Below, in pieces: positions 19,339 through 28,531 of a DNA stretch of 56,451 bases (position 1 is the stretch's first letter; the number at the start of each line of letters is the position of its first letter). The DNA comes from Candidatus Binatia bacterium. Its GTDB lineage: Bacteria; Desulfobacterota; Binatia; UBA9968. The notes under the pieces are model-generated. The model searched no databases and was not told where the DNA came from. It worked only from the letters and a program-made list of their open reading frames with translations. The stretch lies in the NCBI GenBank assembly GCA_041490745.1, contig JBGPTS010000001.1, positions 1 to 56,451 of the forward strand, in the 5' to 3' direction. Position numbers and translations under genes: made by a program.

Positions 19339-20411
19339 CTTCGAAGCACAATCTCTTTGAGCAGTTTGTCGGCGGTTGGACGGAAACGCTGGGCGTCTTC
19401 GGTGGAGAGAACCTGGATCGGCACCGTTCCGCTCGCCAGTTGATTGAGCGTCTCGAATTTCGGCTTGACGCCGCTTCGCGCCGGGATTCGTCCGGCATCT
19501 GCGGTCACCTCGGCGCCTTCGGCGCTCAAAAGAAAATCCAGCAGGAGCGCCGCGGCGTGCGGATGCGGCGCCGAAACGGGAACGGACCAGGATTGGGCGG
19601 AAGCCACGGTCGTGGGATTAGGAAAGACGATATTGAGCGGACAACCCGCGCGTTGCATCTGCGCCGCCGTGTAGAGGTAAAGCTCGACCCCCGCCTTATA
19701 TTCTCCCGCGCACAGGAGCTGCGTCTGGAGCGTATGGCCGCGCGTGACGGTGATGTCGTTGCGCGCAAGTCCTTGGAGATAGTTGCGCGTTCTTTCCTCG
19801 CCCCACGTCTTGAGCCAGCCCATCAACGCCCGCGACGGCTCCGTGTCGATCGAGAGATGCCCTTTCCATGAAGGGGTCAGAAGATCGGGATAATCTTTCG
19901 GCGCGTCGCGCGGCAGAACCAGTTTTGTATTGTATCCGATAACGGCATGGATCAAATTCGTCGGGGTAAAATATCCCTCGGCGTCTTTGAAGGCATCGGC
20001 GTAGAATTTTCTTTCCGGCGAAGCGTAGCGCGTGAGAAGGCCGGTGCTTTTAATTTCGTTGACGACGTCGAACGCCAGGCCGAGGAGATCCGCTTGCAGC
20101 TTTCCGGCGCGCGATTCGGTCATCACACGCGTACCGACCCGGTCGCCGCCCGCGCGCCAAAATTCCGCCTTGACAAACGGATAACGTTTGGCGAACGCAG
20201 CTTCGTACCTTTGCAGCAGCGTCACGTTCTCGCTCGAATAGACAACCACGCCGCCTTCTTTCTTCGCCCCCTCGATGAGCTTTTTTTCTCTTTCGGCCGG
20301 GCTCAGCCGGTTGAGGTCGTTGAGAAGGGTTTCCGAATTGGCCGCAGCCGCGCCCGGCAGAAGAAGGACGCAACCCATCGATAGCCATCGGAGCGTCGGT
20401 CGAAGCGCCAT
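19335..20411 (-). CDS. ABC substrate-binding protein, family 1 (Fe3+-type), paralog A
   Basis: Signal peptide MALRPTLRWLSMGCVLLLPGAAAANS. 4-nt overlap with the downstream paralog. Confidence 0.8.
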   Translation of the reverse strand: MALRPTLRWLSMGCVLLLPGAAAANSETLLNDLNRLSPAEREKKLIEGAKKEGGVVVYSSENVTLLQRYEAAFAKRYPFVKAEFWRAGGDRVGTRVMTESRAGKLQADLLGLAFDVVNEIKSTGLLTRYASPERKFYADAFKDAEGYFTPTNLIHAVIGYNTKLVLPRDAPKDYPDLLTPSWKGHLSIDTEPSRALMGWLKTWGEERTRNYLQGLARNDITVTRGHTLQTQLLCAGEYKAGVELYLYTAAQMQRAGCPLNIVFPNPTTVASAQSWSVPVSAPHPHAAALLLDFLLSAEGAEVTADAGRIPARSGVKPKFETLNQLASGTVPIQVLSTEDAQRFRPTADKLLKEIVLRR

Positions 20412-20460
20412 ATGCGACGGCTATCCCAGGTGATCGGAGATTGTCAAGCAGGCCGCCATT

Positions 20461-20491
20461 TTCAAAGTCTTTCACACGTGTGCTATAAATC
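20461..20491 (+). promoter_or_regulatory. candidate sigma70-like promoter with an embedded CACACGTGTG palindrome upstream of the hydantoinase array
   Basis: TTCAAA, a 17-nt spacer containing the perfect 10-bp palindrome CACACGTGTG, then TATAAA. The site ends about 10 nt before the ATG at 20501, which leaves very little 5' UTR. Confidence 0.25.
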
Positions 20492-20500
20492 TTTCTCTCC

Positions 20501-22603
20501 ATGGAGTACACGATCGGCGTCGATATCGGCGGCACATTCACGGACTGCGTCGTGCTCGACGAGCAAGGCCTGCTCGTCGTCGGCAAGGCGCTTTCGACGC
20601 CAAGGGATTTTTCCGTCGGCGCGATGGACGCGGTGCGCGACGCGGCGCAAAATCTCGGACTCAAGAGCGAAGACGAGCTGATCCGCGCCGCAAGATTTTT
20701 CTTTCACGCCTGCACCATCGGCGACAATACTCTCGTCACACGCGCGGGCGCGAAGACCGGCCTCATCGCGACGCGCGGCTTCGGCGATGCGATCCTCATG
20801 ATGCGCGGCCTTACGGCCGAGGGCCTCACCGAGGTCGAAGCGGCTCACGCGTCCTCTCTAACCAAACCCGAACCCATCGTTCCGAAAACTTTCATCGGGG
20901 AGGTGGCCGAGCGCGTCGATTACAAGGGAACTATTTTGATACCGTTGAAGGCCGACGAGATCGACCGCGCCGTCGAGCCGCTGCTGGAAAAGGGCGTGGA
21001 ATCCATTGCGATCTGTCTTCTCTGGTCGATCGCCAATCCGAAGCACGAGAAAGAGGCCGCCGAGCTGCTGCGAAAAAAATATCCGAATCTGTATCTGAGT
21101 CTGTCCAGCGAAGTCGCGCCCTTCCTCGGCGAATACGAGCGCACGGCTACGACCGTCTTCAACGCCTACATCGGCCCGCGCATCTCGGCTTATTTGAATA
21201 ACCTCCAGCGCGTGCTCAGGAAAAAAAAGCTGCGCGACGAGCCGCTCATCATGCAGGCCTACGGCGGCGTGCTGAACGTCGGCGCGACCGCGGCCAACGC
21301 GGTCGGCACGATCGAGTCGGGGCCCGCCGCCGGCGTCGTCGGTAGTCGATATCTCGGAAAGCTGATCGGCGAAGACAACGTCCTCGCGACCGACATGGGC
21401 GGAACGACGTTCAAGGTCAGCGTCATTCATGACGGCGTGATCGAGAAGGACTACAACCCCGTCATCCAGCGCCACAGGATTTTATCGACCAAGATTTGGG
21501 TCGAATCGATCGGCGCGGGCGGCGGCAGCATTGCCTGGATCGACCCGGAGACCGGCATTCTCAAAGTCGGTCCGCAGGGCGCAGGCGCGAGCCCGGGGCC
21601 GGCGTGCTATCGATCGGGCGGCACCGAGCCGACCGTCTCGGACGCCGATCTCGTACTCGGATATTTGAATGAAAATTATTTTCTCGGCGGCAAGATTCGC
21701 CTCGACAAAAAAGCCGCCGAGAGCGCCGTCGCCGAAAAGATCGCCGCGCCGCTCGGTATGAGCGCGATCGAGGCCGCGAGCGGCATTTACAGAATCGCCA
21801 ACGCGCACATGAGCGATCTCATCCGCAAGGCGACGGTCGAGCGCGGCCACGATCCAAGAGAGTTCGTGCTCTTCGCTTTCGGCGGCGCCGCGCCCGTGCA
21901 CGCGGGCCGCTATGCGGGCGATCTCGGCGTCAAACGGGTGGTGATCCCGCTCACCGCTTCGGTCCACGGCGCCACGGGCCTGATCAGCTCCGACGTGCTC
22001 TATGAGTACGGCCGCTCGGATCACCTGATCGCGCCGTTCGATCTCCAACGGCTCAACCAAAACTTTTCCCCGCTCATCGCGCAGGCGCGGCGCGATCTCG
22101 TCGCCCGCGGTTTTCAGGACGCGGAAATGGAAATCGTCCGCAGCCTGGACATGCGCTATCGCTACCAGGTGCACGAGCTCACGCTCTCCGTTGCAACCGG
22201 AACCGGGGACCTTGAGGGACACGATTTGGACAGACTCTACGAAAATTTCCACGCGCTGTACGAGAAATCCTACGGCCGCGGATCCGGCTATCGCGAGGCG
22301 GGCATGGAAGTGATGACATTCAGGTTGACGGCGCGCGGGCGGCTCAAGAAGCCCAACATCGCGCGGCTCGCTCTCGACGGCAAAGATTCGGCCCGCGCGA
22401 TGAAATCGCTCCGGCCGGTTTACTTCGAGGAATATCGCGAGCCGGTGGAGACGGCGATTTACGAATTCGACAAATTGAAGCCGGGCAACGAACTCGCCGG
22501 CCCCGCCGTCATCGAGACACCGGTGACGACGATCGTCGTCAACCCGAAAGATCGCGCGACCATGGACGAGTTTAGAAATATTAGAATCGACCTGGAAAAT
22601 TGA
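20501..22603 (+). CDS. hyuA: hydantoinase/oxoprolinase A-type subunit (acetone carboxylase beta-like, ATP-dependent)
   Basis: N-terminal IGVDIGGTFTDCV and internal ATDMGGTTFKVS sugar-kinase/actin-fold ATPase motifs. The 700-aa length is typical of HyuA/AcxA-type subunits. Confidence 0.9.
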   Translation: MEYTIGVDIGGTFTDCVVLDEQGLLVVGKALSTPRDFSVGAMDAVRDAAQNLGLKSEDELIRAARFFFHACTIGDNTLVTRAGAKTGLIATRGFGDAILMMRGLTAEGLTEVEAAHASSLTKPEPIVPKTFIGEVAERVDYKGTILIPLKADEIDRAVEPLLEKGVESIAICLLWSIANPKHEKEAAELLRKKYPNLYLSLSSEVAPFLGEYERTATTVFNAYIGPRISAYLNNLQRVLRKKKLRDEPLIMQAYGGVLNVGATAANAVGTIESGPAAGVVGSRYLGKLIGEDNVLATDMGGTTFKVSVIHDGVIEKDYNPVIQRHRILSTKIWVESIGAGGGSIAWIDPETGILKVGPQGAGASPGPACYRSGGTEPTVSDADLVLGYLNENYFLGGKIRLDKKAAESAVAEKIAAPLGMSAIEAASGIYRIANAHMSDLIRKATVERGHDPREFVLFAFGGAAPVHAGRYAGDLGVKRVVIPLTASVHGATGLISSDVLYEYGRSDHLIAPFDLQRLNQNFSPLIAQARRDLVARGFQDAEMEIVRSLDMRYRYQVHELTLSVATGTGDLEGHDLDRLYENFHALYEKSYGRGSGYREAGMEVMTFRLTARGRLKKPNIARLALDGKDSARAMKSLRPVYFEEYREPVETAIYEFDKLKPGNELAGPAVIETPVTTIVVNPKDRATMDEFRNIRIDLEN

Positions 22604-22613
22604 GGAGAACCGC

Positions 22614-24437
22614 TTGGCTTCATCCGCGCAAAACGTGGACCCGATAACGTTCGAGATTTTGTCTCATCGCCTGTATCAGATCGCCAAGGAGATGGGCGCG
22701 ACGCTCGAACGCGTCGGCGGCACGGTCAACACGACGCAGCAGAAAGACTACATGGCCGCGCTCTACCGCGCCGACGGCGAGATCCTGTCGGCCGGGGAAT
22801 CCATCGGCATGCATATGGCCTGCGGCGGCTTCGCGGTGAAAAAAATTCTCGAACGCTTCGGACCGAACGGCGTCGCGCCCGACGACGTCTTTTTGCTCAA
22901 CGACCCCTACGTCGCCGCCGTGCACCAGTCGGATCTGTTCATGATCTCGCCGATTCACTACGAGGGCCGGCTGGTCGCGTGGAGCGCGACCTTCGTCCAT
23001 GTCATGGACATCGGCGCGCTGTCGCCGGGAGGCAACTCGCCGGGGGCGACGGAAATTTACCACGAGGGCATCAGGATACCGGGCATCAAGCTGATCGACC
23101 GCGGCGCGCTGAGACAAGACCTTTTCGACACGATTATCGGCATGACGCGCCAGCCGACGATGGTCGGCCTCGATCTCAAGTGCGAGATCGCGGCCAACAA
23201 CGTGGCGAAAACGCGCATGCGGAAAATGTTCGCGCAGTACGGCGCCGAGCTGATCGACGCCGTCACCCTCGATATGATCCGGCACTCCGAAGCCGTGCTC
23301 AGAAAGCGCATCGCGGAAATTCCCGACGGCGTCTGGAACGAGACCGGCGTTATCGAGGCGGAAGAAATCTGGAAGGTCAAACTCGTGTTAACAAAAATCG
23401 GCGACCGGCTCGTCTTCGATTTTACCGGCACCGATCCGCAGGCAAGCAGGGGCATCAACCTTCCTTTCCATGCAACCTTCGGCGTCTGCTTCAGCGCCGT
23501 GCTTCAGACGTTGGCGTACGACCTGCCGAAAAATCACGGCATATTTCGCCCGATCGAAGTCATCGCGCCCAAAGGAACTATTGTAAATCCGCTGCCGCCG
23601 GCGCCGGTCTCCATGAATACGACCTCCGGCGCGAAGATCGTCCTCTACGCCGCGAGCTCGACGTTGATGCAGGCGCTCGCGACGCACGAGCGGTGGAAGA
23701 GCGAGGTGATGGCGATGACCGTCGGCCGGCGCAACGTCCGCCACGCCGGCATCAACCAGTACGGAACTTACTACGTCTCGAATCTGTCGCAGACGCCGGT
23801 GGACGGCGGCGGCGCGAGATCGTTTCAAGACGGAGTGGACTCGGGCGGCGGCGTCAAGAGCTGCCCCAACGTCGAATGGATCGAAAGGAATTTTCCCGTG
23901 CTCTATCTTTTTCGCCGCCACGCGCGCGACAGCGCCGGCGCCGGCAAGTACCGCGGCGGCGCCGGCGTCGAGACCGCCTTCGCGATCAACGACGCGCCGG
24001 AGCGCAAGATCAAGGGGGTGGCCTATGGCGTCGTTGGTCTTAAAAATTCCGGACAAGGCGTCTTCGGCGGTTTTCCCGGCGCGCCGAGCGTTGTCGAGTT
24101 GTCGAAGAGCACGAAGTTGCGCGAATTGATAACGCACGGCGGCGCTTTAGACAATCTTCAGGAATTGGGCGGTCAAACGACCTCGCTGCCCTACTGCGAC
24201 TTTGAAATCACCGAAGAAGATGTCCTCTATACCCGGCAATCGAGCGGCGGCGGTTACGGGGACCCGCTCGAACGGGACTCGGGGATGGTGCGGAAAGACG
24301 TGATCTTGGGATTGGTTTCCGTCGGCGCGGCGCGCGAAGTCTATGGAGTCGTCGTGAATGGCGACCAGATCGACGCCGAAGCGACCGAACGGCTGAGAAA
24401 CGCCATGAGAGCGGAGAGAGTGAGACGCGGCGCATGA
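22614..24437 (+). CDS. hyuB: hydantoinase B/oxoprolinase-type subunit
   Basis: DPITFEILSHRL N-terminus and overall HyuB-like sequence. TTG start lies 10 nt after the hyuA stop. Confidence 0.9.
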   Translation: MASSAQNVDPITFEILSHRLYQIAKEMGATLERVGGTVNTTQQKDYMAALYRADGEILSAGESIGMHMACGGFAVKKILERFGPNGVAPDDVFLLNDPYVAAVHQSDLFMISPIHYEGRLVAWSATFVHVMDIGALSPGGNSPGATEIYHEGIRIPGIKLIDRGALRQDLFDTIIGMTRQPTMVGLDLKCEIAANNVAKTRMRKMFAQYGAELIDAVTLDMIRHSEAVLRKRIAEIPDGVWNETGVIEAEEIWKVKLVLTKIGDRLVFDFTGTDPQASRGINLPFHATFGVCFSAVLQTLAYDLPKNHGIFRPIEVIAPKGTIVNPLPPAPVSMNTTSGAKIVLYAASSTLMQALATHERWKSEVMAMTVGRRNVRHAGINQYGTYYVSNLSQTPVDGGGARSFQDGVDSGGGVKSCPNVEWIERNFPVLYLFRRHARDSAGAGKYRGGAGVETAFAINDAPERKIKGVAYGVVGLKNSGQGVFGGFPGAPSVVELSKSTKLRELITHGGALDNLQELGGQTTSLPYCDFEITEEDVLYTRQSSGGGYGDPLERDSGMVRKDVILGLVSVGAAREVYGVVVNGDQIDAEATERLRNAMRAERVRRGA

Positions 24438-25252
24438 CTTATCCGCTGAGAGAAAATCTGGAGCTTTTCACCGGAGCGGAAGGCGCGTCGATCCGCTGCG
24501 TGAGGTGCCGCCATATTTTTTGCCGCGCCGGCGAAGACTGGAAGCCGGCTTCCCGCAGTCGAATATTACCTCCGACCGCGGCAGGCCCCTTGATGAAGGA
24601 GGCGCACGGGAAATATGTTTTGCGGCAGACGACCTGCCCTTCTTGCGGCGTTCTACTCGACACCGAATTGATCGAAGAAACAACCCCGGCCGTCGAACCC
24701 AAGGAGAAACCGTCGAAAACACCGGAACCGGGTCCGCTGGAAGCGCGCAGCCGCGCGACGGCGATCTTGGTTCTCGACATGAGCGCCCGCTGCGAAGATC
24801 CCGCTCTCACCTGTCACGCCTTGCTGCCGGGACTCGCCGCCTTTCTTGAGAAGGCGCGCGCCGCGTCACTGCCGATTATTTTTTCCGTTTCCGCGTCGCA
24901 GCGCGGAACGCCGATGGAAAATGTCGCACGGCCGCTGCGCCGTCGGGAGAACGAGCCGGTGATTTATCCCGACGGCTTCGACAAATTCACCGGCGGCGCA
25001 TTGCAGAACATCCTGGAGCCGACGGGTATCAATACCGTGATTGTCACGGGCTCCGCCACCAATGTCGCGGTTCTCTACACGGCGACGACGGCCGCGCGCA
25101 TCTATCGCTATGAGGTCATTGTCCCCGTCGACGGCGTTAACGCGCGGACTCAGTACGCGCACGACTATTCACTGTACCAGTTGAGCGTGTTGCCGGGCGG
25201 AGTGCGCAAACGCATTCGCTTTACGACACTTGGGGCGATAACCTTCAGCTGA
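24434..25252 (+). CDS. fusion of an acetone-carboxylase-gamma-like zinc ribbon and an isochorismatase-fold hydrolase domain
   Basis: The N-terminus IRCVRCRHIFCRAGEDWK...TTCPSCGVLLDTELIE follows the AcxC pattern CxCxH..C...CPxCG. The C-terminus has isochorismatase-family features: LVLDMS (Asp), DKFTGGAL (Lys) and VIVTGSATNVAVLYTA. ATGA overlap with the hyuB stop. Confidence 0.8.
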   Translation: MTYPLRENLELFTGAEGASIRCVRCRHIFCRAGEDWKPASRSRILPPTAAGPLMKEAHGKYVLRQTTCPSCGVLLDTELIEETTPAVEPKEKPSKTPEPGPLEARSRATAILVLDMSARCEDPALTCHALLPGLAAFLEKARAASLPIIFSVSASQRGTPMENVARPLRRRENEPVIYPDGFDKFTGGALQNILEPTGINTVIVTGSATNVAVLYTATTAARIYRYEVIVPVDGVNARTQYAHDYSLYQLSVLPGGVRKRIRFTTLGAITFS

Positions 25253-25278
25253 GCGGCGGAGAAACCGGAAGGCTCGGC

Positions 25279-27066
25279 GTGGAAAAAGCGGACGGCAGGC
25301 TGGTCGAAATTTTCGAGGAAGGCCTCGGCGCATGGGAAGCCGCCGCCGCGACGGCCGGCCTCGTCGAGCGCTCCTATTTCATTGCCGGCCATTCCGTTCG
25401 TCTGCTTTTCGCCGGCGGCGCGCTCGTCGAGCCGATCACGCGCGCGCTGGCGCATCATGGACCGTGCGTCGCGCCGCCCGAGCTTACGATTTATCTTGGC
25501 GACAGCTCTTCGACCGCCATCGACTTGCCGGCGCGGCTCGGCTTGCCGACGGAAGAAACCGGTCCGGCCGGATGGATGCACCGCGGCGCCCGCATGCGCG
25601 CCCGCTTTCAACCGGACTACGACTCGCTTCATATTTTGGATACCAGCCGCGACTTCGCCCTCTTCTGGACCGGCGACGCGCGCCGCATCCGCTTCTGGGA
25701 AAAGAGCGCGCCCCTGCTGCTGATCTTTCACTGGTGGATGGCGCTCCGGAGCCGCCATCTCGTCCATGGCGCGGCGATCGGCAAGCCGGACGGCGGCGTG
25801 CTGCTGGTCGGCAGAGGCGGCGCGGGAAAATCGACGACCGCTCTCGCCTGCCTTCGATCCGAGCTCAACTATGCCGGCGACGACTATCATCTGATCGCGC
25901 TCGATCCGGTTCCATTCGCGTTCAACCTGTATAACTCGGCCAAGATCGAGGCGGCCAGCCTCGGAGACTTTAAAACTCTGCGCGATTTCGTAGCCAATCC
26001 CGACGATCTGCCGGCGGAAAAAGCCCTCGTCTTCCTCCACGAATGCCTGCCGGAAAAACTTTCAGCGGGATTTCCGATCCGCGCCGTGCTCATGCCGCGT
26101 GTCGCCGGCTGGCGCGAGACCGCCATCGAACCGGCGTCGCCCGCCGCGGCGCTCGCCGCGCTCGCGCCGAGCACGCTCTTTCAACTGCGCGACCGCGACG
26201 AAGCCTCTTTCACGGCGATGGCGGCGCTGCTGCGGAAGGTGCCCTGCTACAGGCTGGATCTGGGGACGGATTTGACTCAAATCGCCCCCGCGATTTTGCA
26301 ACTGCTCTCGCGCGGCCCGGCCGCGCCGAAGCCGCGTCCGCTCGTCAGCGTCGTCGTTCCGGTTTACAACGGGGCGCGTTTTCTCGCCGCGGCGATCGAG
26401 AGCGCGCTTGCCCAGGATTACCGGCCGGTCGAAGTGATCGTCGTCGACGACGGCTCGGACGACGGCAGCGCGGCGATCGCGCGCTCTTTCGAGGGCGTCC
26501 GCTATGTCTATCAGAACAATCAAGGACCCGCCGCCGCGCGCAACGCCGGCATTCGCGAAGCGCGCGGCGAATTCATCGCCTTTCTCGACACCGATGATTT
26601 AATGCTGCCGAATAAAATCGGCGCCCAGGCGAATTATCTGTTGCAAAATTCTGGCGTCGGCTGCGCGCTTTCCGGCCGGGAAATTTTCTGCGAGCCCGGA
26701 GTCGAGCCGCCCGAGTGGTTGCGCGACGACGAGCGGCTGCGCGGAGAGTTTGCCGTAGGCGACGCCGGGTTGGAAGACTTGCGCGCGGGAGGGATGTCGT
26801 CGGTAATCGTTCGCCGCCAAGCGTTGGAGCGCGCCGGCGGTTTCGATGCGGAGCTGCGCCACGTGGAGGATATCGACTGGCTGCTGCGCGTTCGCGACGC
26901 CGGCGTCAAGATCGCCGTCCTGCCGCAAATTCTCTGGCGGCGGCGCATCCACGGCGGAAATTTGAGCTACCAAAGGGATCGCATCGAGCAGGCCTGGCTC
27001 ATGCTCATGCGGAAGCGGATCGACCGGCGCCGCGGAGCCGCCGATTTATCAGGGAGGCCATCGTGA
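25279..27066 (+). CDS. bifunctional HprK-related P-loop kinase-like domain (aa 1-345) fused to a family-2 glycosyltransferase (aa 354-595)
   Basis: LVHGAAIGKPDGGVLLVGRGGAGKSTTALACL (P-loop at 25810-25836) resembles the HPr kinase/HprK-related kinase catalytic core. From about 26338 the sequence is GT2-like: VSVVVPVYNGARFL...VVDDGSDDGS...FLDTDD. GTG start. Confidence 0.8.
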   Translation: MEKADGRLVEIFEEGLGAWEAAAATAGLVERSYFIAGHSVRLLFAGGALVEPITRALAHHGPCVAPPELTIYLGDSSSTAIDLPARLGLPTEETGPAGWMHRGARMRARFQPDYDSLHILDTSRDFALFWTGDARRIRFWEKSAPLLLIFHWWMALRSRHLVHGAAIGKPDGGVLLVGRGGAGKSTTALACLRSELNYAGDDYHLIALDPVPFAFNLYNSAKIEAASLGDFKTLRDFVANPDDLPAEKALVFLHECLPEKLSAGFPIRAVLMPRVAGWRETAIEPASPAAALAALAPSTLFQLRDRDEASFTAMAALLRKVPCYRLDLGTDLTQIAPAILQLLSRGPAAPKPRPLVSVVVPVYNGARFLAAAIESALAQDYRPVEVIVVDDGSDDGSAAIARSFEGVRYVYQNNQGPAAARNAGIREARGEFIAFLDTDDLMLPNKIGAQANYLLQNSGVGCALSGREIFCEPGVEPPEWLRDDERLRGEFAVGDAGLEDLRAGGMSSVIVRRQALERAGGFDAELRHVEDIDWLLRVRDAGVKIAVLPQILWRRRIHGGNLSYQRDRIEQAWLMLMRKRIDRRRGAADLSGRPS

Positions 27067-27773
27067 CCGAGCAGAGCGCTTTGGTAAGCGTGATCATCCC
27101 CGTCTATAACGGCGAGCGCTTCCTCGCGGCGGCAATCGAGAGCGCCGTCGCTCAGGATTACCGGCCGGTCGAAGTCATCGTGATCGACGACGGCTCGGAC
27201 GACGGCACGGCGGAGGTCGCACGGTCTTTCCCGCAAGCGCGCTATCTTTTTCAAACCAACCGTGGTTTGTCGGCCGCGCGCAACGCCGGCATCGAGGCTG
27301 CGCGCGGCGAGATTATCGCCTTCCTCGACGCCGACGACGTCATGCTGCCGAACAAGTTGACCGTCCAGGCCGAATATCTGCGCGACCGTCCGGACGTCGG
27401 GTGCGTCCTCTGTCGCCAGAAAATACTTTTGGAACCCGGCGCGGCCCTTCCGGCGTGGCTCCCGCCGGACCGGATTTTCGGCGATCCCGGCGGCAGCCCT
27501 CCGGGCTCGGCACTCGTTCGCCGCAGCGCAATCGAGCGAGCCGGCGGCTTCGATCCGGCCTATCGTCTGGCGGTCGGAATGGAGTGGCTCGGCCGCCTGC
27601 GTGACGCAGGCGTCAAGGTCGCCGTCGTTCCGGAAATCCTGATGCTGCGCCGCGTCCACGACTCCAACCTGTCGCACCAAAATCGAAAGCTGCGCGAAGA
27701 GCTGCTGCAAGGCCTCAAGGGCAAGATCGGGCGCGCGAGAGCGGCGCGCTCGACGCGCGGCGGAGGCTCTTGA
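27063..27773 (+). CDS. family-2 glycosyltransferase (paralog 2)
   Basis: VSVIIPVYNGERFLAAAIESAVAQDYRPVEVIVIDDGSDDGT...FLDADD. The GTG start overlaps the upstream TGA (GTGA). The listed ORF 26715-27773 is an over-extension. Confidence 0.8.
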   Translation: MTEQSALVSVIIPVYNGERFLAAAIESAVAQDYRPVEVIVIDDGSDDGTAEVARSFPQARYLFQTNRGLSAARNAGIEAARGEIIAFLDADDVMLPNKLTVQAEYLRDRPDVGCVLCRQKILLEPGAALPAWLPPDRIFGDPGGSPPGSALVRRSAIERAGGFDPAYRLAVGMEWLGRLRDAGVKVAVVPEILMLRRVHDSNLSHQNRKLREELLQGLKGKIGRARAARSTRGGGS

Positions 27774-28468
27774 TGTCGGCGCCGTCTCTCGTCAGCGTCA
27801 TCATCACGGTATACAACGGCGCACGCTACCTCGCCGCGGCGATCGAGAGCGTCTTTGCGCAAACGTATCAACCCGTTGAGCTTGTCGTCGTAGACGACGG
27901 GTCGGACGACGGCAGCGGGGAAATCGCGCGGAAATTCTTGCCTCGCCTGCATTACTTTTACTATCCGCGCGGAGGCATCGCCGCCGCACGCAATCGCGCC
28001 GTCGAGCTGGCGAGCGGCGAATTTTTTTCTTTTCTCGACGCCGACGATCTGTTTCCCGCCGACAGGCTGGAGCGTCAAATGACGGAGTTTGCGCACGGCC
28101 CGACGCTCGACGTCGTCTATGGCCACGTGAGAGAGTTTGTAAGTCCCGATCTCGACGAAGCCGCCGCAAGGCGTCTCCGGCGGCCGGCCGAACGGATTAT
28201 GGGACGGCTCCCCAGCGCCATGTTGGTCCGACGCGAAGCGTTCTTTTGCGTCGGCCTTTTCAATACCGGGCTCAAAGTCGGCATCGGCCTCGACTGGTCG
28301 GCACGCGCGAGCGAGCATAAGCTGAACAACGTGATCTTGCCGGAGATCGTCTTGCATCGTCGGTTGCACTCGGAAAACAACGGTCTGCGCGAAGTGGAGT
28401 CTCGCAATCACTACCTCCGGGTGCTCAAGTCCGCGCTCGACCGGCGCCGCGGTACGCGATCGACGTGA
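27770..28468 (+). CDS. family-2 glycosyltransferase (paralog 3)
   Basis: VSVIITVYNGARYLAAAIESVFAQTYQPVELVVVDDGSDDGS...FLDADD. ATGA overlap with the upstream stop. Confidence 0.85.
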   Translation: MMSAPSLVSVIITVYNGARYLAAAIESVFAQTYQPVELVVVDDGSDDGSGEIARKFLPRLHYFYYPRGGIAAARNRAVELASGEFFSFLDADDLFPADRLERQMTEFAHGPTLDVVYGHVREFVSPDLDEAAARRLRRPAERIMGRLPSAMLVRREAFFCVGLFNTGLKVGIGLDWSARASEHKLNNVILPEIVLHRRLHSENNGLREVESRNHYLRVLKSALDRRRGTRST

Positions 28469-28531
28469 AACAGAAAGCCGGCGGCGGGACGCGTCGTTGA
28501 CAGGCCCGACGGCAAAGCTTAAAAGAACAAA

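Noticed and set aside
25279-26310. Bona fide HPr kinase/phosphorylase of carbon catabolite control.
   Set aside because: Only the P-loop catalytic-core resemblance is present. The N-terminal region is unrelated in pattern, the protein is fused to a GT2, and no ptsH or PTS genes are nearby.
28465-28500. Tiny ORF (GTG AAA CAG AAA GCC GGC GGC GGG ACG CGT CGT TGA, 11 codons) in the only sizeable gap of the cassette, considered as a possible precursor peptide.
   Set aside because: It is far too short for a leader plus core. It has no SD, uses a GTG that overlaps the upstream stop, and contains no Ser or Cys (only a single Thr). It is most likely chance.
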